64,000 bases of DNA. Source: Eledone cirrhosa. Lineage: Eukaryota. Positions 26,882-39,231 of the stretch are shown piece after piece (position 1 is the first letter of the stretch; each line of letters starts with the position of its first letter). The position numbers were made by a program, and so were the translations under genes. The notes beneath the pieces were generated by a model, which was not told the origin of the DNA, did no database searches, and saw only the letters and a list, made by a program, of their open reading frames with translations. Where the stretch lies: NCBI GenBank assembly GCA_964016885.1, contig OZ024754.1, positions 41,974,001 to 42,038,000 of the forward strand. The letters are read 5' to 3'.

Positions 26882-29800
26882 CGCACATACATACATAGAT
26901 ATATACACACATACATATATACATATGTACATACATAGATACACATATATATATATATACACATACATACATACACACATACTTCATATACACACACACA
27001 CATGCATATATATACGCACATACATACATAGATATATACACACATACATATATACATATGTACATACATAGATACACACATATATATACACATACGTACA
27101 TAAACACACACATACATATATATACACACACACATACTACATATATACATATACATACACACACATACATACATACATACCTGTGTATATATAGCCAAGA
27201 AAGTAGTTTATTCTGGTGAGTTGTAACACTCACAATACCTATTATCTCTTAGTCATATATTATCAATCATTCAGTGGTATTGATCTAAAAGTATTGATTA
27301 TTCTGTTTGTTTGAGACATAAAACACACTGCTATGATATCTAGGATACCAGTCATTAGCCATGTCATGACACATCATCATCATCATCACCATCATCATTT
27401 TACGTCCGCTTTTCCCTGCTTGCAAGGGTGGGACGGGTCCTATTCAGCACAGTATCTCTCCCTTGCAAGGGTGGGACGGGTCCTATTCAGCACAGTATCT
27501 CTCCCTTGCAAGGGTGGGACAGGTCCTATTCAGCACAGTATCTCTCCCTTGCAAGGGTGGGACGGGTCCTATTCAGCACAGTATCTCTCCCTTGCAAGGG
27601 TGGGACAGGTCCTATTCAGCACAGTATCTCTCCCTTGCAAGGGTGGGACGGGTCCTATTCAGCACAGTATCTCTCCCTTGCAAGGGTGGGACGGGTCCTA
27701 TTCAGCACAGTATCTCTCCCTTGCAAGGGTGGGACGGGTCCTATTCAGCACAGTATCTCTCCCTTGCAAGGGTGGGACAGGTCCTATTCAGCACAGTATC
27801 TCTCCCTTGCAAGGGTGGGACAGGTCCTATTCATCACAGTATCTCTCCCTTGCAAGGGTGGGACGGGTCCTATTCAGCACAGTATCTCTCCCTTGCAAGG
27901 GCGGGACGGGTCCTATTCAGCACAGTATCTCTCCCTTGCAAGGGTGGGACGGGTCCTATTCAGCACAGTATCTCTCCCTTGCAAGGGTGGGACGGGTCCT
28001 ATTCAGCACAGTATCTCTCCCTTGCAAGGGTGGGACGGGTCCTATTCAGCACAGTATCTCTCCCTTGCAAGGGTGGGACGGGTCCTATTCAGCACAGTAT
28101 CTCTCCCTTGCAAGGGTGGGACGGGTCCTATTCAGCACAGTATCTCTCCACTTGTCACGGTCCTTCGTCATCTCCTCCGTGAGTTTCAGCAATCTGGGGT
28201 CTGCTCTCACCCACCACCTCTGCCCATGTTTGTCGAGGTCTTCCTCTACTGCGTCTTCCTTCTACTGGGATTTCTTGGCACTTCTTTACCCAGCGGTCAT
28301 CCTCCATGCGCATCACATGAATACTGAGAAAAATCCAGAACATATCCTGGAGAACACATAGCGTTAAGGTGTGAGCTGTAGAGTGATTTTACTCTACAGC
28401 CCTCACCTTTGCCTTTCTGACATTATAAGGTGTAGGAGGCTTTGAGTAGCTGGCGGACATGTGAATCAACACAATGAACCTACTGGCAGAATTCTTTTCT
28501 AGAAACCTGATGTGTTCAGATGAGTTGGGAGACCAACCATCACACTGAAGGATGTTCTTCAAGATGACATTGGGAGACCAACCATCACACTGAAGGATGT
28601 TCTTCAAGATGACATTGGGAGACCAACCATCACACTGAAGGATGTTCTTCAAGATGACATTGGGAGACCAACCATCACACTGAAGGATGTTCTTCAAGAT
28701 GACATTGGGAGACCAACCATCACACTGAAGGATCTTCAAGATAACACTAGGAGACCAACCATCACACTGAAGGATCTTCTTGAAGATGACACCAGGGCTA
28801 GAGGCAGGGGAAATTCAGAGGGCAAAGCTGGACAGGGTGAGCTGGAGTAAGAACTTCATCATGGCCACGATAATGGATGTATAAAAGAAGAAAGATTATA
28901 TCTATGGTTCTGAGACTTTTCTAGACTCTACTGGCAATGATTTAGATTATTTTAGTAAAATGTTTTGTTTTTATTTTGCTTTCTTTTTTCCCCCTTAACC
29001 CTTTAGCATTTAAACCGGCCAGAATCCTCTCCCCTTTTTCTGTTCAAACCAGCCATAACTGATCACTCATACTGATGTTAAGGTATTGTTCTCAAAATAA
29101 ATAATATCAAATAAATAATAGGACCCATCCCACCCTTGCAAGCAGGGAAAAGCGGACGTAAAATGATGATGATGATGATGATGATGATCAAAATTTCATA
29201 GATTCGATATTATGTGAGATAATTATGGGAGGTAAAGTATTTACCATGAAAATACAATAGTATATATAGAGTAATTTAAATGTTATGTGAGATAATTATG
29301 TGAGGTAAAGTATTTACTATGAAAATACAATAGTATATATAGAGTAATGTGAATGTTATGTGAGATATTATGTAAGGTAAAGTATTTACCATGAAAATAC
29401 AATAGTATATATAGAGTAATGTGAATGTTATGTGAGATATTATGTAAGGTAAAGTATTTACCATGAAAATACAATAGTATATATAGAGTAATGTAAATGT
29501 TATGTGAGATATTATGTAAGGTAAAGTATTTACCATGAAAATACAATAGTATATATAGAGTAATGTAAATGTTATGTGAGATATTATGTAAGGTAAAGTA
29601 TTTACCATGAAAATACAATAGTATATATAGAGTAATGTAAATGTTATGTGAGATATTATGTGAGGTAAAGTATTTACCATGAAAATATAATAGTATATAT
29701 AGAGTAATGTAAATGCTAAAAGGCTAATGCAACCATAAGCTGAAACAAAGTTACAAGCTGTATTCATGAATAGAAACATATTATTTATATACAGGTCACT

Positions 29801-32800
29801 GAATATAAATAAAACAGGCTGAATACAAAATACTATAAACACAAAGAAAATGTGATTTATCCATCTCACCGATTTCCAGTCCAAAGTAATGAGGTAATGA
29901 GATCGAGATTGTGTAGGTGTCACGACAAAAAAGACAGTCCACACTGTAATGTGGCCGTGTAGGTAATACGGTAAAAAGTTCCCAGTCCACACTGTAATGT
30001 GGCCGTGTAGGTAATACGGTAAAAAGTTCCTAGTCCACACTGTAATTGTTAGGAAGGGCATCCAGCCATAGAAAACCTGACAGATAGTCCTATACGAGCG
30101 AGACACGGTCACCCGACCAATCTTGCCTCTAATGGGACAACGCCCGTCTAACCCATGCTAGCGTGGAAGATGGACGTTAAACGATGATGATGGTATTTTA
30201 TATTTTATTGGTTGAATATAACCCTTGTGATACTAATCTGTCTGAAACCAAATCTGGTTTTATCAAACAAAACCACCCATTTTAAAGTTTTATCAAACAA
30301 AACTACCAATTTTAAAGGGTTTTATCAAACAAAACCACCCGTTTTAATGGGTTGTGTTAAACAATGCCACCCAATTTAATGGGTTCTTATATTAAAATCA
30401 TCCAATATAATATTAGATAAGAATCAGATATTAAGTTCCTCTCTTACTAATGAAATAATTTAAGTGAATCCATCAACTTCTTTATTAATTAGTTGAAATA
30501 GATTGTATTTCATTAGAAATTCAATCACAAAAGAGTTAAATCTCCTGATCAACAGGTAACATGTTGGACAGGTGAATCAGTTATATAAACTAAGGTCAGA
30601 TTAATCTGATATATTTCTTACTTTGCTTGAAAGGAAATTTTTTTTACCTAAGGCTAAAAAAAAATCAAAAGAAAAGAACACAAAAAAATTATTTTTACAG
30701 TGAAAGGAACCCCAGCTTTTTAATAAGCCGCCACAAAACCTGAGAGATCTACATGGTGTACAGGTAGATGTTTTCAAGAGACATCTCGACATTCTACCGA
30801 CCAAGATCCCGGATGAACCCACAACAGAAGGTGAAGCACAAATAAGACCAGCAGCAACAAACTCCCTTTTAGATCAATGGCCAACCAGGGAAGGCTATCT
30901 ATAGAAAGTGTATCATCAGTGGCAGTGCCCCAGCATGGCTTCAGCCCCTAATAAATAAATAAATATTTTATACATACCATTTTCTGAACCTTTGGCTCGA
31001 TTGACCATAGATGCCATTTCATTGTTCAAAGTTTCAATCTCGCTATGAAGAAGACGTATCTCTAGTTGTGTTGCATTAACTTGGTCGTGTGGGTTGTCAG
31101 ATAAAGATTCCATGTTTATCACAGCTTTTTCTGATGGAGGTTCAATCATTTCTAAATTGTTCGCAGTCGTGTCAATATTGACAAATGACTGTGTCATTGG
31201 AGAGTCTGCCATACTCTCTATATCTGGAACATCTGAGATATACAAGACAAAATTACCACCTGATTTAACTGCCTCACTCATCACGAGTGTTACAAAACTG
31301 AGAGAAGTAATATAAGTGTTTACAGCCAACAGTAAAGTTTTATAACCCACATATAATAAACAGAACAAAATAACAAACACACAGTTGGTGATTTTCAATA
31401 GGGTTCTTTCATTTTATACATTTTGGGGAGAGAATCTAACAGCCAACTGCTGTAACTGCTGTTTAGAGACTGTGAAAAACAGGTCAAAGAGAACAATAGA
31501 AACAAATTTGGAAATATTTATTTGTATTCACGAATATTTTGTTGGAAATATATTAAAAGCTTAATTCAAGTAAATAGCAACTGAAATAGAAACAGCTATG
31601 TATATATTACCCTATGTACTATATATACACTTTTTGAGTTTGTACATTACCCTATGTACTATACATACACTTTTTGATGAGTTGTAGTGCACCTGGCCAC
31701 TGTACACAATATTTCATTATTATTATATTATTATTCATTTGATACCAACCTGGTTGAAACTGCCCCTTGTTCTATCACATGTAAGAACCTTTCTTAAGTT
31801 ATGTTCCAAACTCCCCTGGTTCTATGGCACAAAAAGGAAGTAGTCACGGTTCTAGGACAGCATTCTTCACCATATGAGATGTCATCTGGTGTACCACAGG
31901 GATCTGTTCTTGGTCCTCTTTTGTTTGTGGCATATATTAATGACATAGATGCCAACTTACAGAATGCCACGGTACTAAAATATGCAGATGACATCAAGCT
32001 GTACCTTGAAATCAAAAGGACTGATCCTGAAATTTACAACTCTTTCCTACAATCAGACCTGGACACAATGCAGCAATGGATCACAGACTGGCAACTGAAG
32101 CTGGCTGTGGACAAGTGTACCACCATGCATTTTGGAAGGAAAAATCCAGCGTCCACATACTCCCTCCACAACACTGACATCAAAAAGTCCTCTTGTGAAC
32201 GTGTCCTGGGCATTACTGTCAGCAACGATTTGCGTTGGACAAAGCATGTCTCTAAGATTGTCAAGAAGGCCGAGGATGTCTTGGCATCACTCAGCAAGAC
32301 CTTTGTTAGCCGCTCTCCAGCCATCTATTTAAAACTGTATACAGCTATGGTGCGACCACACTTGGAATTCGCATCATCAGTCTGGAACCCCTATCTTGCT
32401 CAGAACATTGACCTCCTGGAAACTGTTCAGAGACGTGCAACCAAGCGCATACCCTCCATCAGACACCTACCATACTCTGAACGCCTTGCTTCCCTGGGCA
32501 TGGATTCATTGAAGCTCCGACGTCTGGCAATGGACTTGGTGAATACCCACAAAGTTTTTAACCATCTCGCCAACTGCAACCCTGAGCGCCTCTTTGATCT
32601 CCATGTGTCTAACACACGTGAACATGCCTACAAGATAAGAAAACAGCACAGCTCCCATGACTTTCGCAGACATTTTTTCACGCTCAGAGTTGCTGAAGCA
32701 TGGAACAAACTGCCTGCGTCAATTGTTAGCTGCCGAGACACTGCATCCTTTAAGACACTCATGCTTCCCGAAATACGCCAAAACTACACCTGATGTACCC

Positions 32801-34935
32801 CTTCCATACACATGCACACATGTGTGTATCATGACTCGTGCACTGTTCATTTTACTGATGTTTGTGCATTGCCCTATGTACTGTACATGCACTTTTTTGA
32901 TGAGTTGTGGTGCACCTGGGCACTGTACACAATATTTCATTATTGTTATTGTTATTATATCATGACTCATACACTGTTTATTTTCCTGACATTTGTACAT
33001 TATTCTATGTACTATACATGCACCTTTGATGAGTTGTAGTGCACCTGAGCACTGTACACAATAATTTCATTATTATTTATTTTAAAACTGTTTATATTTA
33101 TCTAAAAACCTTCCATCATAATTTTATGTAAGAACCTTTGTTAAGTTATGTTCCAAATACCCCTGGTTCTATGGTACAAAATTGTTTATTTCAAAGAGTT
33201 TATATTTATCTAAAAAACTTCCATCAGAATTTTGTGTAAGAACCTTTGTTATGTTACAACCAACAGTTTAATAACAAGAAAGTTAGTTTTATTACTAAAT
33301 CTCTCCAAATTCTTGATTATTTTCCAAAATATTTGAAAATCATGGGGAGAGTATTTCATTAGAAATATGTTAATGAAAGGTTTCAACAAAAAATGTAAAG
33401 ATTTCTAATATTGATTTCGGATTTAGGCACAAGGCCAACAATTTTTTTTTGGGGGGGGGGGGGATTAAATCGACCCCAGTGCATTACTGGTACTTTATTT
33501 TATTGACTACGAAAAGCTGAAAGGCAAAGTTGATCTTAACAAGATTTGAACTGAGAGGGTAGAAGGTTGTACCCAAATACTGCAAAACATTTTGTCAGAC
33601 GCTCTAATAATTCTGCCAATCCCCCAGATTTTATGACAAAACAGACGCCTCCCCACCCCCTGGTTTTATGACAAAACAGATGTCAACCCCCCCGTCGAGT
33701 ACATATCAATAACAATGAACCTGTACTCCCCCCTCCCAGCGCCTCATTTCCCCTCACACAACAGTCAAGATCTTTTGACTAATATGTTTACCCTTTCATG
33801 ACTGCATTTCTAATGAAATACACTCTATTTTAATTAATTAATGAAGAATTTTAAGGGATTTACTAAAATTAATTATTTCATGACTAAGATAGTAACTTAA
33901 TGTAAGGTTCTTATATAAAATTATGTTGGAAGATTTTAATTTAAATGGGAAACCTTTAAAATGAGTGGTTTTATTTCATAGAACCAGATGTGGTTTGGGC
34001 TGGGTTGGTAACTAAAGGGTTAAAATGGGTGGTTTTATTTCATAGAACCAGATGTGGTTTGGGCTGGGTTGGTAACTAAAGGGTGGTTTTATTTCATAGA
34101 ACCAGATGTGGTTTGGGCTGGGTTGGAAACTAAAGGGTTAAAATGGGTGGTTTTATTTCATAGAACCAGAGATGAGTTAAATTAGGTGAAGTTTGAGACA
34201 CCTCTACCAAGAAGGTCCCATGAGGAAATAAAGTTGATGATCTACAGAAAGTCATGAGACCTGTAGTAGTGTGTCATACTATGGGTGTGAATTATGTCTG
34301 ATGACATTAAGGATATCCCATTGATAGATGAAAAGATCAGATCCTTTGTTGTGAGGCCCAAACAACTTTGACTAAAAGGAAGAAATATAAAGAAAATCAT
34401 AAAAATACAACTTACCATTTTCATTGTGGAAACCATTTGAGGTACTTAAGTCTTCATTTGGCTCCAGTGACGGAACAAGGTTGGATATTGTGGATGACAT
34501 GCTGGACTGTCTGGAGTGCTTAGAGCTGGATGGTAGAGGTCCAGAAGATAATTTTGTGGTCTCATTGAGAAACTCAAAGAGAGCATCATCAGAGTCTTTC
34601 GTTTTGACAGTTCTTGATGGACTTGATGTTGGTACATTCGCAAACTTCTTGTTTTGTTTCATGGGTGTGCTAACCATAGAACTGCTTAAATCTGTGTTGG
34701 AGCTGTTCATGTCATTTAAATTGGAAGGAACACTTTGTGAAGACCACAAAGAAGCCCCCTTGGGGTGGTCCCATGTGTTCCCAGAATTATTGCGTTCAGA
34801 ACTGGCATAATAACTGATAGCCGCGGCTTTACTTGCCCTGGCACTTTCCTCTTTGGTCAAAGCTTCAGCTGCCGACTGGTCAATTCGATTTAAGAAATCT
34901 TCTGCTTTCCCTGTTAAGCCAGAAAGCCATGACAT
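9911..34935 (-). CDS. GOLGA5: Golgin subfamily A member 5 (golgin-84), 14 coding exons, 727 aa
   Basis: Coding exons (- strand): 34416-34935, 30978-31232, 24027-24246, 23100-23223, 21631-21727, 20200-20306, 17509-17676, 15927-16055, 15296-15394, 14234-14383, 12966-13041, 12114-12210, 10612-10675, 9911-9988. All are GT-AG with consistent phases, total 2184 nt. N-terminus MSWLSGLTGKAEDFLNRIDQSAA; coiled-coil segments KDSQLAILKIRLEEAD, ELSDYKEKASRILQSKERLI and LTESLIQKQTVLEAISTEKNSL; C-terminal IDKFSVRLGVFLRRYPIARVFVILYMALLHLWVMVVLLTYKPEIH transmembrane anchor, typical of golgin-84. Confidence 0.95.
10940..12040. repeat. 42-bp minisatellite, about 25 copies
   Basis: Unit ctagcaataccagccactagacctggtctaactggatgtaat with variants. 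Confidence 0.95.
13630..14090 (+). mobile_element. RTE-clade LINE 3' fragment
   Basis: Peptide KIRLFIAVVESVLLYRSETWTLTK..GCYTRMLRMAL..RRLRLAGH..GRGRPRLTYVD is typical of the RTE ORF C-terminus; inserted in a (CA/TA) microsatellite. Confidence 0.8.
14784..14950. mobile_element. Tc1/mariner-pogo type MITE
   Basis: TIRs CCGTATTTCCCAG..CTGGGAAATACGG flanked by TA on both sides. Confidence 0.8.
15066..15286. repeat. 29-bp minisatellite, about 7.5 copies
   Basis: Unit gttaccatatttctaatgtaagacactgt. Confidence 0.95.
16053..16334. repeat. 103-bp tandem repeat (about 2.7 copies) that includes a GOLGA5 3' splice site
   Basis: atccttcaacagaagttc.. at 16053, 16156 and 16259. Confidence 0.9.
16427..17468. 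repeat. 102-bp tandem repeat, about 10 copies
   Basis: Near-identical units; source of the 358-aa repetitive ORF. Confidence 0.95.
17750..19145. repeat. Complex (GTAT/GT)n microsatellite; similar tracts at 13105-13630 and 26010-27180
   Basis: Low-complexity TG/TA repeats; the 26-27 kb tract has a higher-order period of about 130 bp. Confidence 0.95.
20941..21255 (-). mobile_element. Second SINE family with an (ATG)n tail; copies also at 1-260(+) and 58689-58934(-)
   Basis: Shared blocks cttgagcaagacactttatttcacattgctccag, ggtgttaggaagggcatccagctgtagaaa and cccacccttgcaagcagggaaaagcggacgtaaaatg(atg)n. Confidence 0.75.
21275..21472. mobile_element. ~200-bp non-coding element in (TA)n carrying two back-to-back family D hammerheads
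   Basis: Nearly identical to 39641-39840. Hammerheads at 21360-21408 (-) and 21409-21455 (+): ATTC-CTGATGA-tTTC-taaa-GAAt-GAAA-stem III ACAG/CTGT-A^-GAAT. Confidence 0.8.
21866..22266. repeat. 122-bp tandem repeat (about 3.3 copies); related single unit at about 10070-10210
   Basis: ttagaatgtctcaggg at 21866, 21988, 22110 and 22232. Confidence 0.9.
23660..23945 (+). mobile_element. Degraded RTE-like LINE 3' fragment
   Basis: KHRWAGHISRLRDNRWTIRLTE-like translation with an internal duplication. Confidence 0.55.
24378..24437 (+). ncRNA. Type I hammerhead ribozyme motif, family E
   Basis: TTTCATT-CTGAGGA-TTGAAAGCAAAA/TTTTGCTTTTAA-GAAA-stem III ACC(act)GGT-A^(24430)-AATGGAA; inside a foldback at about 24275-24473. 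Confidence 0.8.
25213..25259 (-). ncRNA. Hammerhead motif, family D
   Basis: Reverse: TTTC-CTGATGA-tTTC-cttc-GAAt-GAAACAG..CTGTA^-GAAA. Confidence 0.75.
25381..25447 (-). ncRNA. Hammerhead motif, family F
   Basis: Reverse: TATTTTAT-CTGATGA-GGAcGTACTG..CAGTACcTCT-GAAA-stem III ATA(tg)TAT-A^-ATAAAATA. Confidence 0.75.
25592..25861. mobile_element. Foldback element with an inverted pair of family G hammerheads
   Basis: Arms of about 105 bp. 25630-25676 (-): TGCT-CTGAGGA-stem II-GAAACAATTGTC^-AGCG. 25777-25823 (+): core CCGAAGA, stem II TCCAAGC/GTTTGGA. Confidence 0.75.
27419..28149. repeat. 43-bp minisatellite, about 17 copies, derived from a SINE/RTE 3' end
   Basis: Unit ccttgcaagggtgggacgggtcctattcagcacagtatctctc. 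Confidence 0.95.
28150..28322 (-). mobile_element. RTE-like LINE 3' fragment
   Basis: HVMRMEDDRWVKKCQEIPVEGRRSRGRPRQTW motif. Confidence 0.7.
28524..28790. repeat. 48-bp tandem repeat, about 5 copies
   Basis: Unit ttgggagaccaaccatcacactgaaggatgttcttcaagatgaca.. Confidence 0.9.
29208..29715. repeat. 72-bp tandem repeat (about 7 copies) inside a dispersed TTAACCCTTT-ended element
   Basis: Unit tatgtgagatattatgtaaggtaaagtatttaccatgaaaatacaatagtatatatagagtaatg..; unamplified relatives at about 12410-12810, 47455-47650, 50888-51080 and 62980-63245. Confidence 0.85.
30705..30885 (+). mobile_element. Degraded LINE 3' fragment (CR1-like)
   Basis: Translates as GTQLFNKPPQNLRDLHGVQVDVFKRHLDILPTKIPDEP, resembling a LINE ORF2 C-terminus. 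Confidence 0.5.
31834..33073 (+). mobile_element. 5'-truncated CR1/L2-group LINE (reverse transcriptase C-terminal half and 3'UTR), antisense in a GOLGA5 intron
   Basis: ORF 31801-32793 with SGVPQGSVLGPLLF, YADD, LYTAMVRPHLEFASSVWNP and FFTLRVAEAWNKLP; the 3'UTR has a repeated gatgagttgtagtgcacctg motif and an (ATT)n tail. Confidence 0.9.
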
Positions 34936-36018
34936 TTTCTTTTTGCTGAAATATAAAAATGAAATATATTTAATGTGTCATCACCACCATCATCATCGCT
35001 ACCACCATCATCATCACCACCACTATCATCATCATTACCACCATCAACACCACCACCACCACCAAAAACATCACTACCACTACCACCACAATTATCAGCA
35101 TCATCATCACCAACACCACCACTATCACTTAGAAAGTACAAGGAAAGACTTAAACCATCACCTGGTCCTTGGATGGTAGATTTAACCCATCACCTGGTCC
35201 TTGGATGGTACACTTAAACCCATCACCTGGTCCATGGGTTCCTTTAGTGAAGTCTAGTTTGTGGCAAGCATTTGTAGCAGGTCTTCAGTTAGGGAATATC
35301 TTCGTCCCGCCCTCCCTTCCATAAATCTCAGAGGCCCTTGAAAGGGTTATGGGCAGCACCCTTCCCTAATTGGTTTGAACAGCTGAAAATGAAATACAAA
35401 TAAGCTAATAGTTTCAAGATAAACAAGAATATTTCATAAACACAAATCCTCCTGCCCTATAAAATCTGACCTTCTACACAAATAAGAAATCAATATGTAT
35501 TACATTGTATCTTTCAATTGTTTGGGGGTTTTTTTTATTATATATTCTTTTATTGATTTCAGTCATTAAATTGTGGCCATGATGGAGCAGAATCGTCAAG
35601 GAATTTAGTCAATACTATCAACCCTAACACTTAATTTGTCCAAGTCTGGTTACTTATTTTATTGATTTCTATTTCATCAAACTATTATGTTTACAAGACA
35701 TAAACAAACAGTAAAATAGCAGTCACACACACACACTGTATGTGTGACTTCTACTACAGTTTCATATTAACCTATCCCTTGTGATAAAAAGTACCCATGA
35801 ACTGGGTACTTTTTACCATGGCACCAAAACAACCATCTAACAAGGTGGACTGGGTGCTTTATTTCCAAATAACCAACACGACCATGTTAGAGCAGATAGC
35901 AACATTCATTTCTTTAACCCTTTTGATACCAAACCACCTTTAACTGCCCACGGTCCCATGATACAAAATTGTTTGTTTGAAAGTGTTTATATATCTATAT
36001 ATATATATATAGAAAAGG

Positions 36019-36065
36019 CTTCTACAGGACTAGAACTGTTTCATTCGTGAGAAATCATCAGGAAG
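36019..36065 (-). ncRNA. Hammerhead motif, family D
   Basis: Reverse: CTTC-CTGATGA-tTTC-tcac-GAAt-GAAACAG..CTGTA^-GAAG; adjacent to (TA)n. Confidence 0.75.
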
Positions 36066-36293
36066 TCGACTGTTCAAGTAATATGATGGTATTTATACCT
36101 TTTCTGGTGGTAGGAGAGGGTGGTGATTGGTATGGGTGGAGGTCATTGGTTGATGGGTTTAAAGAAAAGGGAATTCTTTAAAAACTATATTTAGAGTAAC
36201 AAAGGCAGAAAGAGACAAGTTCACCCTGGGGGTGCCACTCCTGATTTTTAAGGTTCACTTAAGTTAACAATGGCTAATAGTTGTGTGTCTACA

Positions 36294-36336
<43 letters not shown>

Positions 36337-36878
36337 GTTTCTACTTTAGGCACAAGGCCAGCAATTACCCAGTGCATTACTGGTACTTTATTTTATCGAC
36401 CCCGTAAGGATGAAAGGCAAAGTCAACCTCGGCAGGATTTGAACTCAGATCGTAAAGGGACGTAACTATGCTGGAAAGCATGGCGTCCGACACTCTACCG
36501 ATACTGCCAATCCACCATAATGACAGAAGGTTTATATATATATATATCATCATCATCATCATCATCGTTTAACCTCCATCTTCCAAGCTAGCATGGATTA
36601 GATGGTTTTGTTCCATTTGATGTGGGAATGGTCGGGAGACTGTCTCTGGCAGGTTTTTTACAGCTGGATGCTACATGTATTCTCCATTATGTTCGTAGAC
36701 AATATGTTTTTCACTCTGGTGGTATTATTTCCCTATAATTGAACACATATCTCTTTGTGTATTTTTCTTTATATACTGTCTTATAAAGAGCCCGGAACCT
36801 ATTCCTTCAGCTCATTAAATTATAGGGCATTCACGCGAGTCTTTAACTCCTTTTTTTAATTTTATATATATATATATA

Positions 36879-37022
<144 letters not shown>

Positions 37023-37675
37023 AACCTTCAGTCAAAATTTTATGTAAGAACCATTGTGTTCCAAACAACAAACTAAATAATGAGAAAGTTAGATATATTT
37101 ATTAAGTTACTCAAAATTCTTGATTATTTTCAAAATTATTTTAAAATCATAAGTAATGTCTTTCATTAAAAATACGGTGACAAAAGAGTTAGCTTTAAAT
37201 AACAGGTCAATTGCAACTGCCGTTTTTATTGTCCAAAAATGTTGACCAACTTAATTTCGGAGTTATCTCCCTTGTTTGTTGTTTTTAGATTTTTAAACAC
37301 TCCAAGAGGGAGGTTGTTTTTTAGTAACTGGAATAATTTCTGGTTTAGACACAAAGCCGACAATTGGAGGGGAGAGGGAGATAAAATCAATTAAATCGAT
37401 CCTACCCCCGTGTATTACTGGTACTTTATTTTATCGTTTCTGTAAGAATGAAAAGCAAAACTTACCTCGGTGGTATTAAGTTTGCCTTTCAGCCTTACGT
37501 GGTCGACAAAATAAAGCACTGTCCGTTTTTTTCACTTCCATATACTATATATGTAAAACCACACGTATTTATATTTAATATATGGTACACTTCCTTCTTT
37601 TATTACTCTTCCACCATCTACTTAAATTGTATATCTAAAAAATAAATGTGGTATACACTGCATATATAGTAAGAG

Positions 37676-37719
<44 letters not shown>

Positions 37720-37726
<7 letters not shown>

Positions 37727-38006
37727 TTCAAAATATTAACAAAATAGATATTCTTGTGATCAATTATATTTTATTATACATATTTCAGAGGTACGGAGTT
37801 AAGTTCAACAGTACGTCCTCATCAGATAAAATAAAATGATACATGACATACCCTGACATAGTAGATGGTTAAGATTCAGTCATGTATCATTTTATTTTAT
37901 CTGATGAGGACGTACTGTTGAACTTAACTCAGTACCTCTGAAATATGTATAATAAAATATAATTGATCACAAGAATATCTATTTTGTTAATATTTTGAAT
38001 TAATAT
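37720..38006. mobile_element. Foldback element in (TA)n with an inverted pair of family F hammerheads
   Basis: Arms of about 125 bp. Motifs at 37767-37833 (-) and 37893-37959 (+), each with an 8-bp stem I and an AUA triplet. Confidence 0.8.
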
Positions 38007-38096
38007 TAATAACTCTGGAAAACCATTTCTGTTGAGTGCTTCCAATCTATTGTAAAACTCATTCTTTGATGTATTCATTGAACCTTGTTTAACTTT

Positions 38097-38127
<31 letters not shown>

Positions 38128-38782
38128 TCTAAGTAAATTATGTATATAGTACACTGGTTATAATAGTGTATAGAAACAGTATATACACACATTCGTAGTT
38201 CGTGTCACTCTCCGTCTTAATCGTGTGTGTGTGTGTGTGTGAGTGAGTGTGCCTGTGTGTAAGTGTCTGTGTGTATATGTATGTGTGTCTGTGTGTGTGA
38301 GTCTGTGTGTATATGTATGTGTGTCTATATGTGTTTTTGTGTGTGTGCCTATGTATGTGTGTGAGTGTGTCTGAATGTGTATGCGTGTGTCTGTGTATGT
38401 ATGTGCTTGTGTATGTATGTGTGTGTGTGTACACGTGTGTTCGTGGTCAACTTTGCCTTTCATACTTCCGCGGTCAACAAAATATAGAACTAGGGAAAGG
38501 CTTGGTTGATTTTTTCCCTTCACCCCCAAAAATGTTGTCCTGGTGCCTGAATTAAAAACATCATTATTATTAAATAAACCCCACCGTGGGGTCAATAAAA
38601 TTAAATACCTGTAACATACTGTGTTCAATATGAGCAACTTACGCCTCTATCCTGAAATCACAGACCTCGTGCCTAAATTTGAAACTATTGTTATTGTTGT
38701 GATTGTAGTAGTTATATAGTGAGTGTATATGATAAAATAGTGCAATTTATTGTGTCTAGATGATGTTTATATTGAGTATAAT

Positions 38783-38821
<39 letters not shown>

Positions 38822-39000
38822 GAAAAAGTTTAACCCCGACGGCAGAGTTCAAGCCGTTTCGACGGGTCTATAAATAGCAGTCGAAACGGGTGAGCTCTGC
38901 CGTCGGGGTTAAACATTTTCTTATTACCCACTCTACTAACCTAAATATTGAGTACTCTGGCGCATTATGGTCCATCTGGTTCCTTACCACAACTCCTTCG

Positions 39001-39031
<31 letters not shown>

Positions 39032-39188
39032 GGCTATGCGAATGATTGTTTAACCATCGTCTCAGTGTGTTTGGCCTTTAACGTTTGTTATAGCTCTGGT
39101 TCATCTGAATCATTGAGCACTTGCCTCACATCTCGGAGGTTGATTTTCGTTATTTCGTGGTCCGAAATGCGAATCTCGATAATTTATG

Positions 39189-39231
<43 letters not shown>

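Noticed and set aside
27419-28149. 43-bp repeats (and the 42-bp array at 10940-12040) as a CRISPR array
   Set aside because: Units are contiguous with no unique spacers, there are no cas genes, and the context is a eukaryotic intron.
34853-35217. His-rich or Pro-rich ORFs
   Set aside because: They come from a (CAC/CAT)n microsatellite in the intron upstream of the first GOLGA5 coding exon.
35180-35400. Additional GOLGA5 5'UTR exon (good acceptor tttcattttcag at about 35383, - strand)
   Set aside because: No convincing donor found; cannot be supported without transcripts.
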